Shown here one piece after another: positions 45,016 through 54,986 of a stretch of 64,000 nucleotides of DNA. Under the pieces are notes generated by a model. It saw nothing but the letters and a program-made list of their open reading frames with translations. It had not been told where the DNA came from and made no database searches. The position numbers and the translations under genes were made by a program. Position 1 is the stretch's first letter. Each line of letters begins with the position of its first letter. Where the stretch lies: IMG/VR virus record IMGVR_UViG_3300045988_179616, positions 43,395 to 107,394 of that record, one strand, 5' to 3'. The stretch is from a virus.

Positions 45016-48000
45016 TACTGTTCGGTCCTCCCCTGACTTTCTACTGTGCCATCTTCATTTATTTTTGTGATTAGCTCAATGCCATGATAAGGAGTATTTT
45101 TGTACTTTTTCATGACAAATTCGTTCTCTCTTCTGATGCCTGTGATAATGATTTTGTTTCCTCTACTGAAGATACTTTTCTCAATGACGTGTTTTTTGCC
45201 ATCGGCGCCTCGTTCGCTAATTTGCTTGTCATAATAAGAAAAAACTTCACCAAAAACTCTTACATTCACAACGCCCTCTCTAGTCAAAACCGTTACCATT
45301 TTTTTACTCTTATCTCTATCAAGGACAGTACCACAAATGCGATGAATCTTGAAAAGTGGGATTTTCTTTCCTTTTATTTCAATTATTCTATTAATTTCAG
45401 GCTGTTCGTTTAGTTCAAAGAAATTTGAAAAACCGCATAGCCGATAATTAACATCTTGAAGTTCATGCTGATGGAAATAACAAGAAACACTATCCATCTC
45501 CCATTTACTAATAGAACCAAGACAGTATTTATTCCAAACATCAGACATTAGCCTATTATTTACATCATTTAGTAATAATTGGTTATTATCTTTTATGAAA
45601 GGACGAATAATATCCATCTGAGCCTTATAAATTTTATCCCACTTGGTTTGAAGAATCGCAAATCCGCTTTCAGTATCATAAGGTTCTAGAAAGTCAACAT
45701 CGAAGTTCTTTTCGTAAAAGCTCATTGCAATGTTATCTAATCCATAATATTGAGTCCCTATCTTCATCTTCTTTAGATATTTATTGAAATTAAAGACTCG
45801 TCTTTGAAGGTCGTACTCATCAGGAATCAAACCAAAATTAATCAACATCTTCATATTTTGGAGAGTTATCCGCTTTTTCGTATCACTAATTTCTGAGACA
45901 TAATATCGCATTAAGCTCTCTCTATCGCCAAATTCATCAAAAGCACCAGCTTTTATAAGATTTATCATTTGAGGCTTATTGATTTTTACTTTTGAGAGAA
46001 AATCATCAATTGAGGAGTAAGGACGATTTTCGATTATGGATTTTACAATATCTTCGCCTACTTTTACAATTCCGCTCATACCAAAACGAATTATTGATTT
46101 TTCTACATCGGGAGAGAAGGTATAGGTAGACTTATTTATATCTGGGGGAGCAACATCAATTCCCGACATCTTCATTTTTCCAATGGCAGAACTAATTTTT
46201 CCATAATTTGTAGTTTTAGCTTTTTTCTTTTTCTTTTTCTCTTTTATGACTTCTTCATCATCATCTTCATCATCATCGTTATCATCCTCAAATTCTTCTA
46301 CGCAATCAACATAAGTTTCTTCAATAGTATCGTCTTCCTCATCTTCTTCTGCTCCCTCATTTCCTCCACTGTCACTAATAAGACAAGCACAATTCCAGAA
46401 AATAATCGGAAAGCAATAAGCCAGATTCATTTCTTGAAGAGCGATTAATGAGTAAGCTAAGGTATGCGATGCATTAAAGCCATAACCTTTACTCATACAA
46501 ACCAATACATTCCAAACATACTTACAAAATTTCTCATCCAATCCTTTTTCTTTTATGACCCTAAAATATTCATCTTGTAGTTCAAGGAAAGCTTTAGGAT
46601 TTTTCTTTGCGATAGATTTTCTTAGTTTATCTGCCCAGGTAAGATTGAAACCTCCACATTCAGGCAACTGAACCAATTCCATAAATTTCTCTTGAGACTC
46701 ACAGATACCATAAGAAATCTTTACTACTGGTTCAAGAATTTTCATTTCTTCTTTTGTAAGACCGTAATTCTCCATTTCTTTATACCACAAAGAAATATCA
46801 TTTTTAAAACGAGCAAACTTATTTAGAGGTTGCTCAGCTCCTTTTTCTTGAGCCATCAAACGAATTACAGAGTTCAAAACAGCTAAATCATCTACTGATT
46901 GAGGATGAGTCAGTGCAATACCATTAATTCCACTTTGCTTTTCCATTTGAAACAAACTTGTGATTTTGTGGTCCCATACCATTTTCCACATATCCGGCGC
47001 TGTCCGCTCCAAATTGTAAATACCAATGATGCTTTCATAGGTTTCTTTTAGAGTATCTCTTTTTTTGACATATCCATAATCAACTAGTAAATCTAGGCAG
47101 TTATGGATTTTATCCAGAGCTTCTACTGATAACAAGTCATACTTGATAAGCGACACATCCTCGCACGCATGGAGGTCAAAAGCTGTAATGATAGTTCCAT
47201 CTGGCGCACGCATTAGTCCGGTTGAATTGGTAAAAGGCTCATCTACAAAGATTACTCCGCCGGCATGGATTCCGTACCCACAAATCAATCCCTCAATTTT
47301 TTGGGCAACTTTCCAAACTTCGGGATAGTTTTCGGTCATTTCATATACGAATTGTTTGATTGGTTTCCAATCATTTTCGGTATCACCATACATACATTGA
47401 GATAAGGTTCGTAATAATCCTCGGTCAGAGGGTATCAACGAGGCTAAATATGAGGCAATATCAACATCTATCCCTAGACCACGACAGGCGGTAAGGATTG
47501 CTGATTTAGATTTTTCTTGACGAAAAGTCGCAACATTTGAAACTCGATTATCTCCATAGACTTTTCGTAAATGGTTTAAGACCTCTGCGCGCCGACCACC
47601 CTCAATATCTACATCCACATCAAGTACAGAAACTCGGTCTGGATTTAGGAATCTCCATCTAAAAGTCTTAGTGGTTTCTTGCAGAGGATTGATTTGAGTT
47701 ATATTCAAAAGATAAAGTAGGATAAAGCCTACTCCAGAGCCTCTTCCTGGCCCGACTAATGTACCAGCTTTCCAACATTCCTCAATAATTCTTTGAAGAT
47801 TTAGATAGTAAGCTGACCAATGGGCTTTGTTTACATTGGAAGAAATCCAAGTCATTTCAAGGCAGGCATTGACTTCATCCCAGGTCTTCTGATTCCACAA
47901 TTCTTGAGGTCCATCTTCTAGTGCCTCAACAATCATACAAGCCAAAACTTGGTCTCCAACATAATCAGACTCCATGAATGTTTTCAGATAAGGAATTCTT

Positions 48001-48983
48001 TCTATCCAACAATTCTGAACATATTTAATTTTAGATTCTTTCCAAGGGAGTTGTGGAATATATAAAGGCTTTAGGAGACTATAATCCTCACACAAGTCCT
48101 TTATTTTTAGGATATTTCTATATGCTATTTGTAACTGCTCTTGTGAGAAATATCCAAAATAACTTTCAAGCTCTTCTGTATCCATTAGATAAGTTGTAGC
48201 GTAGAAATCATCAACCTCTCTATCACCATTTTGAGCGTTTAGATAAGCCTTATGAATTGCTCTGTCTTCTTTTTTGAGATAATGAGTATCTGTTGTGATA
48301 ATATAAGGAATTTCAAACTCATTTGATAATTCAAAAAGTTTTTTATTGACATAAATTTGTTCTTTATTATTACTGGGTTGCATTTCAAAAAAGAAATTTC
48401 CATGGCCGAATAGGTTGTCCATTTGTTTTATCCAGTTATGAATTTTTGGCATCAACTCTGGATTATCTTTTGCTTTTAGAAGCTGGGTAGAAAGGCATCC
48501 TCCAAGACAAGCAGTTGAACCAATTACGTGGCCAGGATTCGCTCCAATAATTTCAAATAAGTCATTATAATAAGTTGGAACTCGACGCATTCCTCGCGCC
48601 ATATAACTTCTCAACCAAGCATGAGTAGAAATTTCACGAATCTGCTTATGACCGATGGCATCTTTGGCCAATAAGATAAAGTGATAATATTTGTCCTGTC
48701 CAGCTTTATAATTAGAAGCGTTTAGTCCATTTCGACAAAGATAAATTTCGTTTCCTTGGATGACTTTGAAGTTGGGATGGTTTTCTTTTATCTTTTTATA
48801 ATATTTTTCAACTCTAACAGCTCCAGAGATACAATCATGGTTAGTAATGGCTACTACTTCATGTCCCAGCTCAATAGCATAATCAATCAAATCTTCGACT
48901 TTTATGATACAGTCGCGCAGTCGAAGATTTGAGAACTCATCGTGGTTATGCAACGAGCCCGGATATGGGATTCTTTCACTCAT
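45015..48983 (-). CDS. dnaE: DNA polymerase III alpha-type replicative polymerase (PHP domain plus pol core) with acidic/lysine low-complexity insertion
   Basis: N-terminal PHP motifs (HNHDEFS, ITNHD). Catalytic DVDVDIEG, GIHAGGVI and PPDINKS. 1322 aa. Confidence 0.9.
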   Translation of the reverse strand: MSERIPYPGSLHNHDEFSNLRLRDCIIKVEDLIDYAIELGHEVVAITNHDCISGAVRVEKYYKKIKENHPNFKVIQGNEIYLCRNGLNASNYKAGQDKYYHFILLAKDAIGHKQIREISTHAWLRSYMARGMRRVPTYYNDLFEIIGANPGHVIGSTACLGGCLSTQLLKAKDNPELMPKIHNWIKQMDNLFGHGNFFFEMQPSNNKEQIYVNKKLFELSNEFEIPYIITTDTHYLKKEDRAIHKAYLNAQNGDREVDDFYATTYLMDTEELESYFGYFSQEQLQIAYRNILKIKDLCEDYSLLKPLYIPQLPWKESKIKYVQNCWIERIPYLKTFMESDYVGDQVLACMIVEALEDGPQELWNQKTWDEVNACLEMTWISSNVNKAHWSAYYLNLQRIIEECWKAGTLVGPGRGSGVGFILLYLLNITQINPLQETTKTFRWRFLNPDRVSVLDVDVDIEGGRRAEVLNHLRKVYGDNRVSNVATFRQEKSKSAILTACRGLGIDVDIASYLASLIPSDRGLLRTLSQCMYGDTENDWKPIKQFVYEMTENYPEVWKVAQKIEGLICGYGIHAGGVIFVDEPFTNSTGLMRAPDGTIITAFDLHACEDVSLIKYDLLSVEALDKIHNCLDLLVDYGYVKKRDTLKETYESIIGIYNLERTAPDMWKMVWDHKITSLFQMEKQSGINGIALTHPQSVDDLAVLNSVIRLMAQEKGAEQPLNKFARFKNDISLWYKEMENYGLTKEEMKILEPVVKISYGICESQEKFMELVQLPECGGFNLTWADKLRKSIAKKNPKAFLELQDEYFRVIKEKGLDEKFCKYVWNVLVCMSKGYGFNASHTLAYSLIALQEMNLAYCFPIIFWNCACLISDSGGNEGAEEDEEDDTIEETYVDCVEEFEDDNDDDEDDDEEVIKEKKKKKKAKTTNYGKISSAIGKMKMSGIDVAPPDINKSTYTFSPDVEKSIIRFGMSGIVKVGEDIVKSIIENRPYSSIDDFLSKVKINKPQMINLIKAGAFDEFGDRESLMRYYVSEISDTKKRITLQNMKMLINFGLIPDEYDLQRRVFNFNKYLKKMKIGTQYYGLDNIAMSFYEKNFDVDFLEPYDTESGFAILQTKWDKIYKAQMDIIRPFIKDNNQLLLNDVNNRLMSDVWNKYCLGSISKWEMDSVSCYFHQHELQDVNYRLCGFSNFFELNEQPEINRIIEIKGKKIPLFKIHRICGTVLDRDKSKKMVTVLTREGVVNVRVFGEVFSYYDKQISERGADGKKHVIEKSIFSRGNKIIITGIRRENEFVMKKYKNTPYHGIELITKINEDGTVESQGRTEQ

Positions 48984-49013
48984 TTACAAACCTCCTTTTT
49001 ATTTTCTATATAT

Positions 49014-49042
49014 ATTATATACTAAATTCCAAAAAAATTCAA
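49014..49042 (-). promoter_or_regulatory. Sigma-70 type promoter (TTGAAT-17-TATAAT) upstream of dnaE
   Basis: Minus strand reads TTGAATTTTTTTGGAATTTAGTATATAAT. Confidence 0.5.
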
Positions 49043-49045
49043 CTA

Positions 49046-50764
49046 TTAAAAAGCAAACCTTCCATCTTGAACTTCCATATCTACAATAAAAAGTTGAGGG
49101 GTTTTGTGCCCCATCCATTCGTTAATATTAGGTCTACCAACTAAGGTAATTTCCATTTCATTTGAAAAACTTTTTAGTTCTTCTATCAAATCTTTTGCTC
49201 TGAACTTGATATAGGTAATTCCATTTTTCTCAATTCGTAATGTATCTTTATTTTTCCCTATAACTTTTATCTCATTAGGCGAAATTATTAAATTAGTAAT
49301 AGCTATCATAGCTTCAGGATTTTGCTGTCCAAATACTTGCTCATACGGCGCGACATCAAGAATTATGGCTTCTATGTCTTTATCATTAGCTCTTCGAACA
49401 AAATTTACATCATAAATATTTTCTCCAAAATCAATTTGGGAGAGTTCTTTATTTGCTATTTCATGGAGTTTTGAAAGATTCTTGTCAAAAACACTAACTC
49501 CGAATGCTTGGTCGTGGCCAAGAGTATATTCAAAAAGACCCGTCCCCGATAGAAAATCTTTGAAAGAAGTTAGCTCCGTATTACTTGGCGCGCGAGCGCT
49601 ACCTCTGTCATAGCCTTCGGAATTTCGTCTAGCCAATATAGTGGGTTTATGATATTTCGCTGATAATACCATAGCAACTAATCCATTCAACTCAGCAGGG
49701 AAATCGTCATCATCATCAAGTCTTACAAATAAAACCTGATTTTCTAACAAATCTTGCTTGAAGATTTTTACTTCTAATTCCTGGACTATCTTTTCTTTCA
49801 TCTTATCTTGGTGAGCTTTTGCATTCGTACATTCACGCGCGCTCTCTATGCAAAGTCTTTCCATTGTTCCTTTAGCTCCGCGCTTATGACACTCTACCAT
49901 TTCATTTGGTTCAATAAAACTACGATAAAGTCGATATTTTTCTTCCATTGACCCTACTCGAATCATAGCATTTATAAGAGGAACAATATAAAAAGCAACA
50001 GTTGTTGGGTTTATCTTTCCACCCATTGAATAGTCCTGTTTATCTAATAGAACTCGTAGCATTGTATTCTTGATATTTTGAAAACCAGTTTGAACCAAAT
50101 ATTGATTTTCATATTCAAGCATACTCATCATATCTCCAACTAATGAGATTGCACAAAGGTCAATATAGTCATAAGCCCAGTCTCTCAAAAAATAGTCATC
50201 TAGGGCTCGGCAAAATTGCCAAACAACGCCTCCACCACAAAGGTTTTTATTTCTATAATTTTTAGAAGTTTGGTTATTTATAAGTATCATATTGGGTGGA
50301 ATTTCGCTTTCTGCTTCTTTTAGGTGGTGGTCTAAAACGAGAACAGGACAGGTAAACTCCTTTATATATTGTCCGTCATTTGTGGCGCTATCTGGCGCGA
50401 TAATAAGGCTCCATTCTTTTTCCTCTAGCTGGTCCATCATATCAGAAAAACCATGCTGTTTTCCCTCATGAATAAAAAATTCAATTTCTTTATCTGGATT
50501 CCATCTTTTTAGATATTGATAAATTATAGCAAAAGAACAAATTCCATCGCAATCGCAATCTGCAATAATGGCGTAAGGCTTTTTATCAGAAATCGTCTTT
50601 TCAATAGCCTTTATTCCCATCTGATAATTATCCAAATCTTCAAAACTTTGTAAGCATTCTTTCGTTGGATGAAGAAAGGTTTGAATGTCCTGAATACCTC
50701 GCGCGCGAAGTAAGTTCTTTCCATAGTCTTCTTTTATCTCTTGATTTACTAGTCGATATTTCAC
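49046..50764 (-). CDS. RecJ-like DHH-family single-strand exonuclease
   Basis: ADCDCDGICS (DHH motifs I-II) and VLVLDHH (motif III). 572 aa. Confidence 0.7.
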   Translation of the reverse strand: MKYRLVNQEIKEDYGKNLLRARGIQDIQTFLHPTKECLQSFEDLDNYQMGIKAIEKTISDKKPYAIIADCDCDGICSFAIIYQYLKRWNPDKEIEFFIHEGKQHGFSDMMDQLEEKEWSLIIAPDSATNDGQYIKEFTCPVLVLDHHLKEAESEIPPNMILINNQTSKNYRNKNLCGGGVVWQFCRALDDYFLRDWAYDYIDLCAISLVGDMMSMLEYENQYLVQTGFQNIKNTMLRVLLDKQDYSMGGKINPTTVAFYIVPLINAMIRVGSMEEKYRLYRSFIEPNEMVECHKRGAKGTMERLCIESARECTNAKAHQDKMKEKIVQELEVKIFKQDLLENQVLFVRLDDDDDFPAELNGLVAMVLSAKYHKPTILARRNSEGYDRGSARAPSNTELTSFKDFLSGTGLFEYTLGHDQAFGVSVFDKNLSKLHEIANKELSQIDFGENIYDVNFVRRANDKDIEAIILDVAPYEQVFGQQNPEAMIAITNLIISPNEIKVIGKNKDTLRIEKNGITYIKFRAKDLIEELKSFSNEMEITLVGRPNINEWMGHKTPQLFIVDMEVQDGRFAF

Positions 50765-51810
50765 TTCACAATTACTCTCCTTTTCAATAACTCTTCAAAT
50801 TTTTCTTGTCCCTCATCTACCGGAGAGTCCTTCTTTTTTGTAAGATTTTCTCTATCATAGATAAAAGAAAAATTTGAATAATTCTTATATTTACTACACA
50901 TCTTCCATAATTTTTGAAAATAGTCTTCACTTCCGGGCTTTTCTTCATTATCAAAGCAGATAACAATTTCTTTTGGTTGGGCATAACGCATCAAAATATC
51001 AAGTTGATATTTATTGAATTGACTTCCACAAGAAGCAACTGCACAATTAGGAAATGAAAAATTTTCACACATAAGAACGCTTTTCTCTGCTTCAAAGACA
51101 TAGCAAATTCCATAGCGTTTGATATTTTCCAAATTTTTATCTAAACCATAGAGATTCAAACTTAATGGATGAGAATACCACTTACCCTCAATTTGAACTG
51201 GCATATACTTTCCTACGTTTTCTACTTCCCACTGATTGAGCGCGCGCCCTCTAATTCCAACTAATCCGCCCCTAACATTATAATGAGGAATTATGATTTT
51301 ATTTTGACCAATAGAAAAACGAATATTGAATTTATCCATAGCCTTATGAGAAATTCCTTCCTCTTCCCAATCAGCAGGATACTCCTTTATGAAAACATCC
51401 AAAATACCTTTCTCATAAGTTGGAAGCTCTCGTCTTTCTTTTTTGGGCATAAACTCGTTTCTTTTTGATTTATAGCTTTCGTTGATTTCTGTTTCAGTAA
51501 ATCTTTTCTCACCATAACTCCGTACAAATTCTAAAACATCTTCATGCCAGTCATAAGTGATTCCTCTCGTTTCATAATAATGCTCAATAAAACGAAAGAT
51601 ATTTTGCGCGCCACATTCACTATAACACATAAAAATATGTGTATTCTTATAGTAATAAAGTTTCCAAGATGCTTCATCTAAATTAGTATTATGACACGCA
51701 GTTTTACATAAAAGAAAATCTCCCTTATCTTGCCAAGGAATCTCCAATTTATCCAAAATTTTCTCTACTATTTCATCAGTAAGATTTTCAATTATTTCTC
51801 TATAATCCAA
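50761..51810 (-). CDS. dnaG: DnaG-type primase (CHC2 zinc finger plus Toprim)
   Basis: CKTACHN...MCYSECG zinc finger. YVFEAEKSV and ICFDNEEKPG Toprim acidic motifs. Confidence 0.7.
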   Translation of the reverse strand: MDYREIIENLTDEIVEKILDKLEIPWQDKGDFLLCKTACHNTNLDEASWKLYYYKNTHIFMCYSECGAQNIFRFIEHYYETRGITYDWHEDVLEFVRSYGEKRFTETEINESYKSKRNEFMPKKERRELPTYEKGILDVFIKEYPADWEEEGISHKAMDKFNIRFSIGQNKIIIPHYNVRGGLVGIRGRALNQWEVENVGKYMPVQIEGKWYSHPLSLNLYGLDKNLENIKRYGICYVFEAEKSVLMCENFSFPNCAVASCGSQFNKYQLDILMRYAQPKEIVICFDNEEKPGSEDYFQKLWKMCSKYKNYSNFSFIYDRENLTKKKDSPVDEGQEKFEELLKRRVIVK

Positions 51811-51824
51811 AGAAATCTCCCTTC

Positions 51825-53369
51825 TTACTTATTTATCTCCTCTAAGAACTTTTGTTCTTTTTCATCTAATTCCCATTCAACCTTTTGCTGAGTATCATAA
51901 AAATCAAGAATAGGATTCATCCTATCATCAGTTACGAATAAATCGGTAAGTCTTAGCGTCCCTGTATTGAAATAACTCCAAATACGGACTTGAGTCCAGC
52001 GACCTGACCGAACTTTGAACACATCAAAGACTCGATTTGGAATCATACCACCCATCAAATTTCCATCTTTTTGAAGTATATCTATTTCATCTTTCGTAGG
52101 TCGCGCGCCAATTATACCATTATCAGCTTTATTGATTGTTGCCCGACCACCAGCTAAACTCGCTTCATTTCGTATTTCTGAATTATCATCTGCTTTGGCA
52201 TTTACTTGAGTTGAAGTAAAAATTGAGACATTTTGCTCAATAGCTAAATCTTTTAGAGCTGTTGCCATCAATGATAGAATTTCATCATTTCTAAGATTGT
52301 GTCCTCGAAACTCATTCAAAACTCCAGGAGAAATAAAAATATAATCAAAAAAGACATAACGTCGTTGAGAAAGAATTACTTCCTCTCTAACACTTAGTTT
52401 TATTTGCTCAATAGAAGGATTTGGTATTCTCATTAGTTTTAAAGTTTTATAGGTCTTGATTATATGACGCGCGACCTCAACTCTTTTTCTTTCATCATCA
52501 GTAAGGGTATTGAACTTAAATTTAGATTCTTCTACTCCACTAAGATATGCCAAAATCATTTTTATTATTTGCTCTGGTTTTTGCTCTGTCATAATAAAAA
52601 GAACTGGCTCACACGCACCATTTTTGACCCACTTCCCATCTGCCTCACTATAGAAAAATGGAAAAGCCAATTTGCACGCGTCCGCGACAGAAAGCCTGGT
52701 CTTTCCGCACCCACTAGCGAGGCTTCGTATTGTGAGAGCCCCAAGCTCTGCGCCGTTTATAATTGACGAAAAAATCTCTCCATTGACTGATAGTCCAATA
52801 CCTTCTTCGCTACCAAATGCTTCAATTACATTATCAATTTCGTTCTCTAACTCCCAAGTTTGAACAGTTTCATTTTGGATATAGGATTTTTCTACATCTA
52901 ATAAATTTTTCTTGACTTCTTTCAGTATATCATCTACTGAAAGATTTTTGAAGCGTTGATTTATATCAAAGGCTTTAGGCTGAGTTAGGTTTTCACAATA
53001 GATATTACTAGTGTCAAGACCCATCCTTTTGAGGTCTCTTACTAAATTGAATTTTTTTAGTTCATTATAATAATAAGGAAAATTATCTGGCTCACTCATA
53101 AATTCAGCGTCTTGAAGATATTCAATACCATTATTTTGGGAAAAAACTAGTTGCCCGCTTGGTGTGCTCTCAAGATAACTTGAAACATCAACCGGAGTAA
53201 TATGAGATGCGCCACCTCGATACAAGTTATCAATTGCTACAAATAAATAACGAGTAAAAGTTGAGGAGAAGTCTGTAGGAGTTATTGTGTATTTATCTAT
53301 CTCACTTAGATATTGAGGGCGCTTCATTAGACTTCCAATAATTTGAAGTTCTGTATTTTTATCAATCAT
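51825..53369 (-). CDS. dnaB: DnaB-like replicative helicase
   Basis: N-terminal ELQIIGSLMKRPQYL. Walker A LASGCGKTR. RecA-like C-terminal domain. 514 aa. Confidence 0.75.
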   Translation of the reverse strand: MIDKNTELQIIGSLMKRPQYLSEIDKYTITPTDFSSTFTRYLFVAIDNLYRGGASHITPVDVSSYLESTPSGQLVFSQNNGIEYLQDAEFMSEPDNFPYYYNELKKFNLVRDLKRMGLDTSNIYCENLTQPKAFDINQRFKNLSVDDILKEVKKNLLDVEKSYIQNETVQTWELENEIDNVIEAFGSEEGIGLSVNGEIFSSIINGAELGALTIRSLASGCGKTRLSVADACKLAFPFFYSEADGKWVKNGACEPVLFIMTEQKPEQIIKMILAYLSGVEESKFKFNTLTDDERKRVEVARHIIKTYKTLKLMRIPNPSIEQIKLSVREEVILSQRRYVFFDYIFISPGVLNEFRGHNLRNDEILSLMATALKDLAIEQNVSIFTSTQVNAKADDNSEIRNEASLAGGRATINKADNGIIGARPTKDEIDILQKDGNLMGGMIPNRVFDVFKVRSGRWTQVRIWSYFNTGTLRLTDLFVTDDRMNPILDFYDTQQKVEWELDEKEQKFLEEINK

Positions 53370-53905
53370 TCAATATCCTCCAGATTCCATCGAGACCTTT
53401 TCTTTTGGGGTGTAGTTTTTGGCTTTTTTAGTAGAACTTTTTGCTGGGACTCTCGTTGTTTGATTTGTTCTTCAATTCCAGCCAAAGTTCCTCGTTCATT
53501 ATTCTCTCTTTGCTTCCAATAAGTAGTAGCTTCTTCGTAGATAAAGGGGACAATTCCTAGTCCACCATGACCTTTTGACCAGTCTCCATTCCTAATTTCA
53601 TAGAAATACTTTAGTGTATAAAAAATACCTTTATAAGTTCCAATTTTATCTTTTTCGACAAATTTTTTCAACTGAGCTTCACAAAGATGATAGTCATAAG
53701 AAACTTTTAGGTCGTGCGCGATAAAATCATAAATACGTTTTTTCCAATCTTTATCTTTTAGAATATTTCCTTTCTTTAGATTTTCATAACAAGATTTGTG
53801 ATAGTACCATCCTTTGGATGGCATTACCCACTCTATATCCGCGCCAGATAGCTGTGCATCAAATCTTTCCTTGCAGGCACGGCAGATAACTAAATGTTTT
53901 GCCAT
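53366..53905 (-). CDS. Hypothetical Zn-binding protein (179 aa) coupled to dnaB; possible helicase loader or replication organiser (position only)
   Basis: CRAC...H..C cluster at the N-terminus. ATGA overlap with dnaB. Basic C-terminus. Confidence 0.45.
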   Translation of the reverse strand: MAKHLVICRACKERFDAQLSGADIEWVMPSKGWYYHKSCYENLKKGNILKDKDWKKRIYDFIAHDLKVSYDYHLCEAQLKKFVEKDKIGTYKGIFYTLKYFYEIRNGDWSKGHGGLGIVPFIYEEATTYWKQRENNERGTLAGIEEQIKQRESQQKVLLKKPKTTPQKKRSRWNLEDIE

Positions 53906-53927
53906 TTATATCCCTCCAATCTTATTA

Positions 53928-53983
53928 TATTATACCACATTTTTCCAAAAATGTCAAAAAAGAGGTAGGATTTCTCCTACCTC
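53928..53983 (-). promoter_or_regulatory. Terminator hairpin followed by a perfect consensus extended -10 promoter (TTGACA-17-TGgTATAAT)
   Basis: Minus strand reads AGAGGTAGGAGAAATCCTACCTCTTTTTTGACATTTTTGGAAAAATGTGGTATAAT. Hairpin at 53960-83, -35 at 53951-56, -10 at 53928-33. Confidence 0.65.
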
Positions 53984-54000
53984 TAATTTAATTTTATGAA

Positions 54001-54972
54001 TTACATCGCACGCAAATCCATGACAGCGAGCTGTAGAAGAGAGACTTGATCTTCAGTAACTTCCGATAGTTTTATCTTTCGTCCAAACACCATCTCTACC
54101 TTTTTAGACATAGCACGAACTACTGCTTCCTTATCTTCATCGGTTTGAGCGTTATTTACCTTAGTGGTCCAAATCTCACGGGCTTCAGACATTAGAGCGT
54201 TGAAGTCGAGTTTTTCTTCCTGGAAAGTTGGTGCTTCATCAGTTACTAAACCACCATTCTTTTCTTCCATATCAATAGCCTTAGCTACTGCTTGTTCAAG
54301 TTCATGGAAACCAAATGGAATACGGGGTTCAAGATACTTATAACGAGAACCTGCGGTAATAGTAGGAGTAGCACGAGTCTGAATCCACCGTTCACTTTCT
54401 CCTTTTTCATTCCAAGTTTGGGTAATAACTCCAATAATATCGACAAGGCCATTGACAATCTTCAAGCAACGATTATTAAGATCAGGCTTATAACCTACTA
54501 CCTTTCCATCATCATCAGTTGTTTCTTTTAGATGACAAGTCATAATAAGGCCAAAGCCCATCATGGTAATTTTACGAAGACAATTCTCAAATTCCTTTGA
54601 AGTTTGACTATATCCACCACCATATGGGATATCTCCGATTTTACTTACACCGTTCTGCTGACAGATAAATTGCTCACAAAGGTCATATAGAATACCAATA
54701 GTATCAATACAAACAGTTGAATACAGTTGTTTTGCTTCAGGCTTTTCTAATTGACGAAGAACTAGCTTAAAATCAGCAAACTTCTGAATAGGAAGAGCAT
54801 GAACGCCAGATTGAGCATTTGTGCCGATTTCAGTCGCAAGGATTAGCGCTTTATCACTTTGGGCACAAAATTCAGTCTTTCCAATTTTAGGAGCGCCCGC
54901 TAGAAGAATAAATTTAGAACGCAGGTCACGAGAGATTTTATTAGGTTGGAGGGAAAAAATATCAATAGCCAT
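54001..54972 (-). CDS. RecA-fold AAA ATPase (Sak4 / AAA_24-like recombination or replication accessory protein)
   Basis: Walker A LLAGAPKIGKTEF, Walker B VCIDTIG. 323 aa, adjacent to the SSB-like gene. Confidence 0.6.
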   Translation of the reverse strand: MAIDIFSLQPNKISRDLRSKFILLAGAPKIGKTEFCAQSDKALILATEIGTNAQSGVHALPIQKFADFKLVLRQLEKPEAKQLYSTVCIDTIGILYDLCEQFICQQNGVSKIGDIPYGGGYSQTSKEFENCLRKITMMGFGLIMTCHLKETTDDDGKVVGYKPDLNNRCLKIVNGLVDIIGVITQTWNEKGESERWIQTRATPTITAGSRYKYLEPRIPFGFHELEQAVAKAIDMEEKNGGLVTDEAPTFQEEKLDFNALMSEAREIWTTKVNNAQTDEDKEAVVRAMSKKVEMVFGRKIKLSEVTEDQVSLLQLAVMDLRAM

Positions 54973-54986
54973 AACTATTTACCTCC

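Noticed and set aside
46215-46365. Intein or mobile insertion in dnaE
   Set aside because: The insertion is short (about 45 aa), in frame, purely low-complexity D/E/K, and lacks intein splice motifs (no Cys/Ser...HN junctions).
49846-49852. GCGCG-containing sites as copies of the Lactococcus-type Chi heptamer GCGCGTG
   Set aside because: I found only about one exact heptamer match (minus strand at 49846-49852). The enriched core is the palindromic GCGCGC, flanked by variable bases. A known Chi sequence therefore does not explain the pattern, though a different Chi-like word is not excluded.
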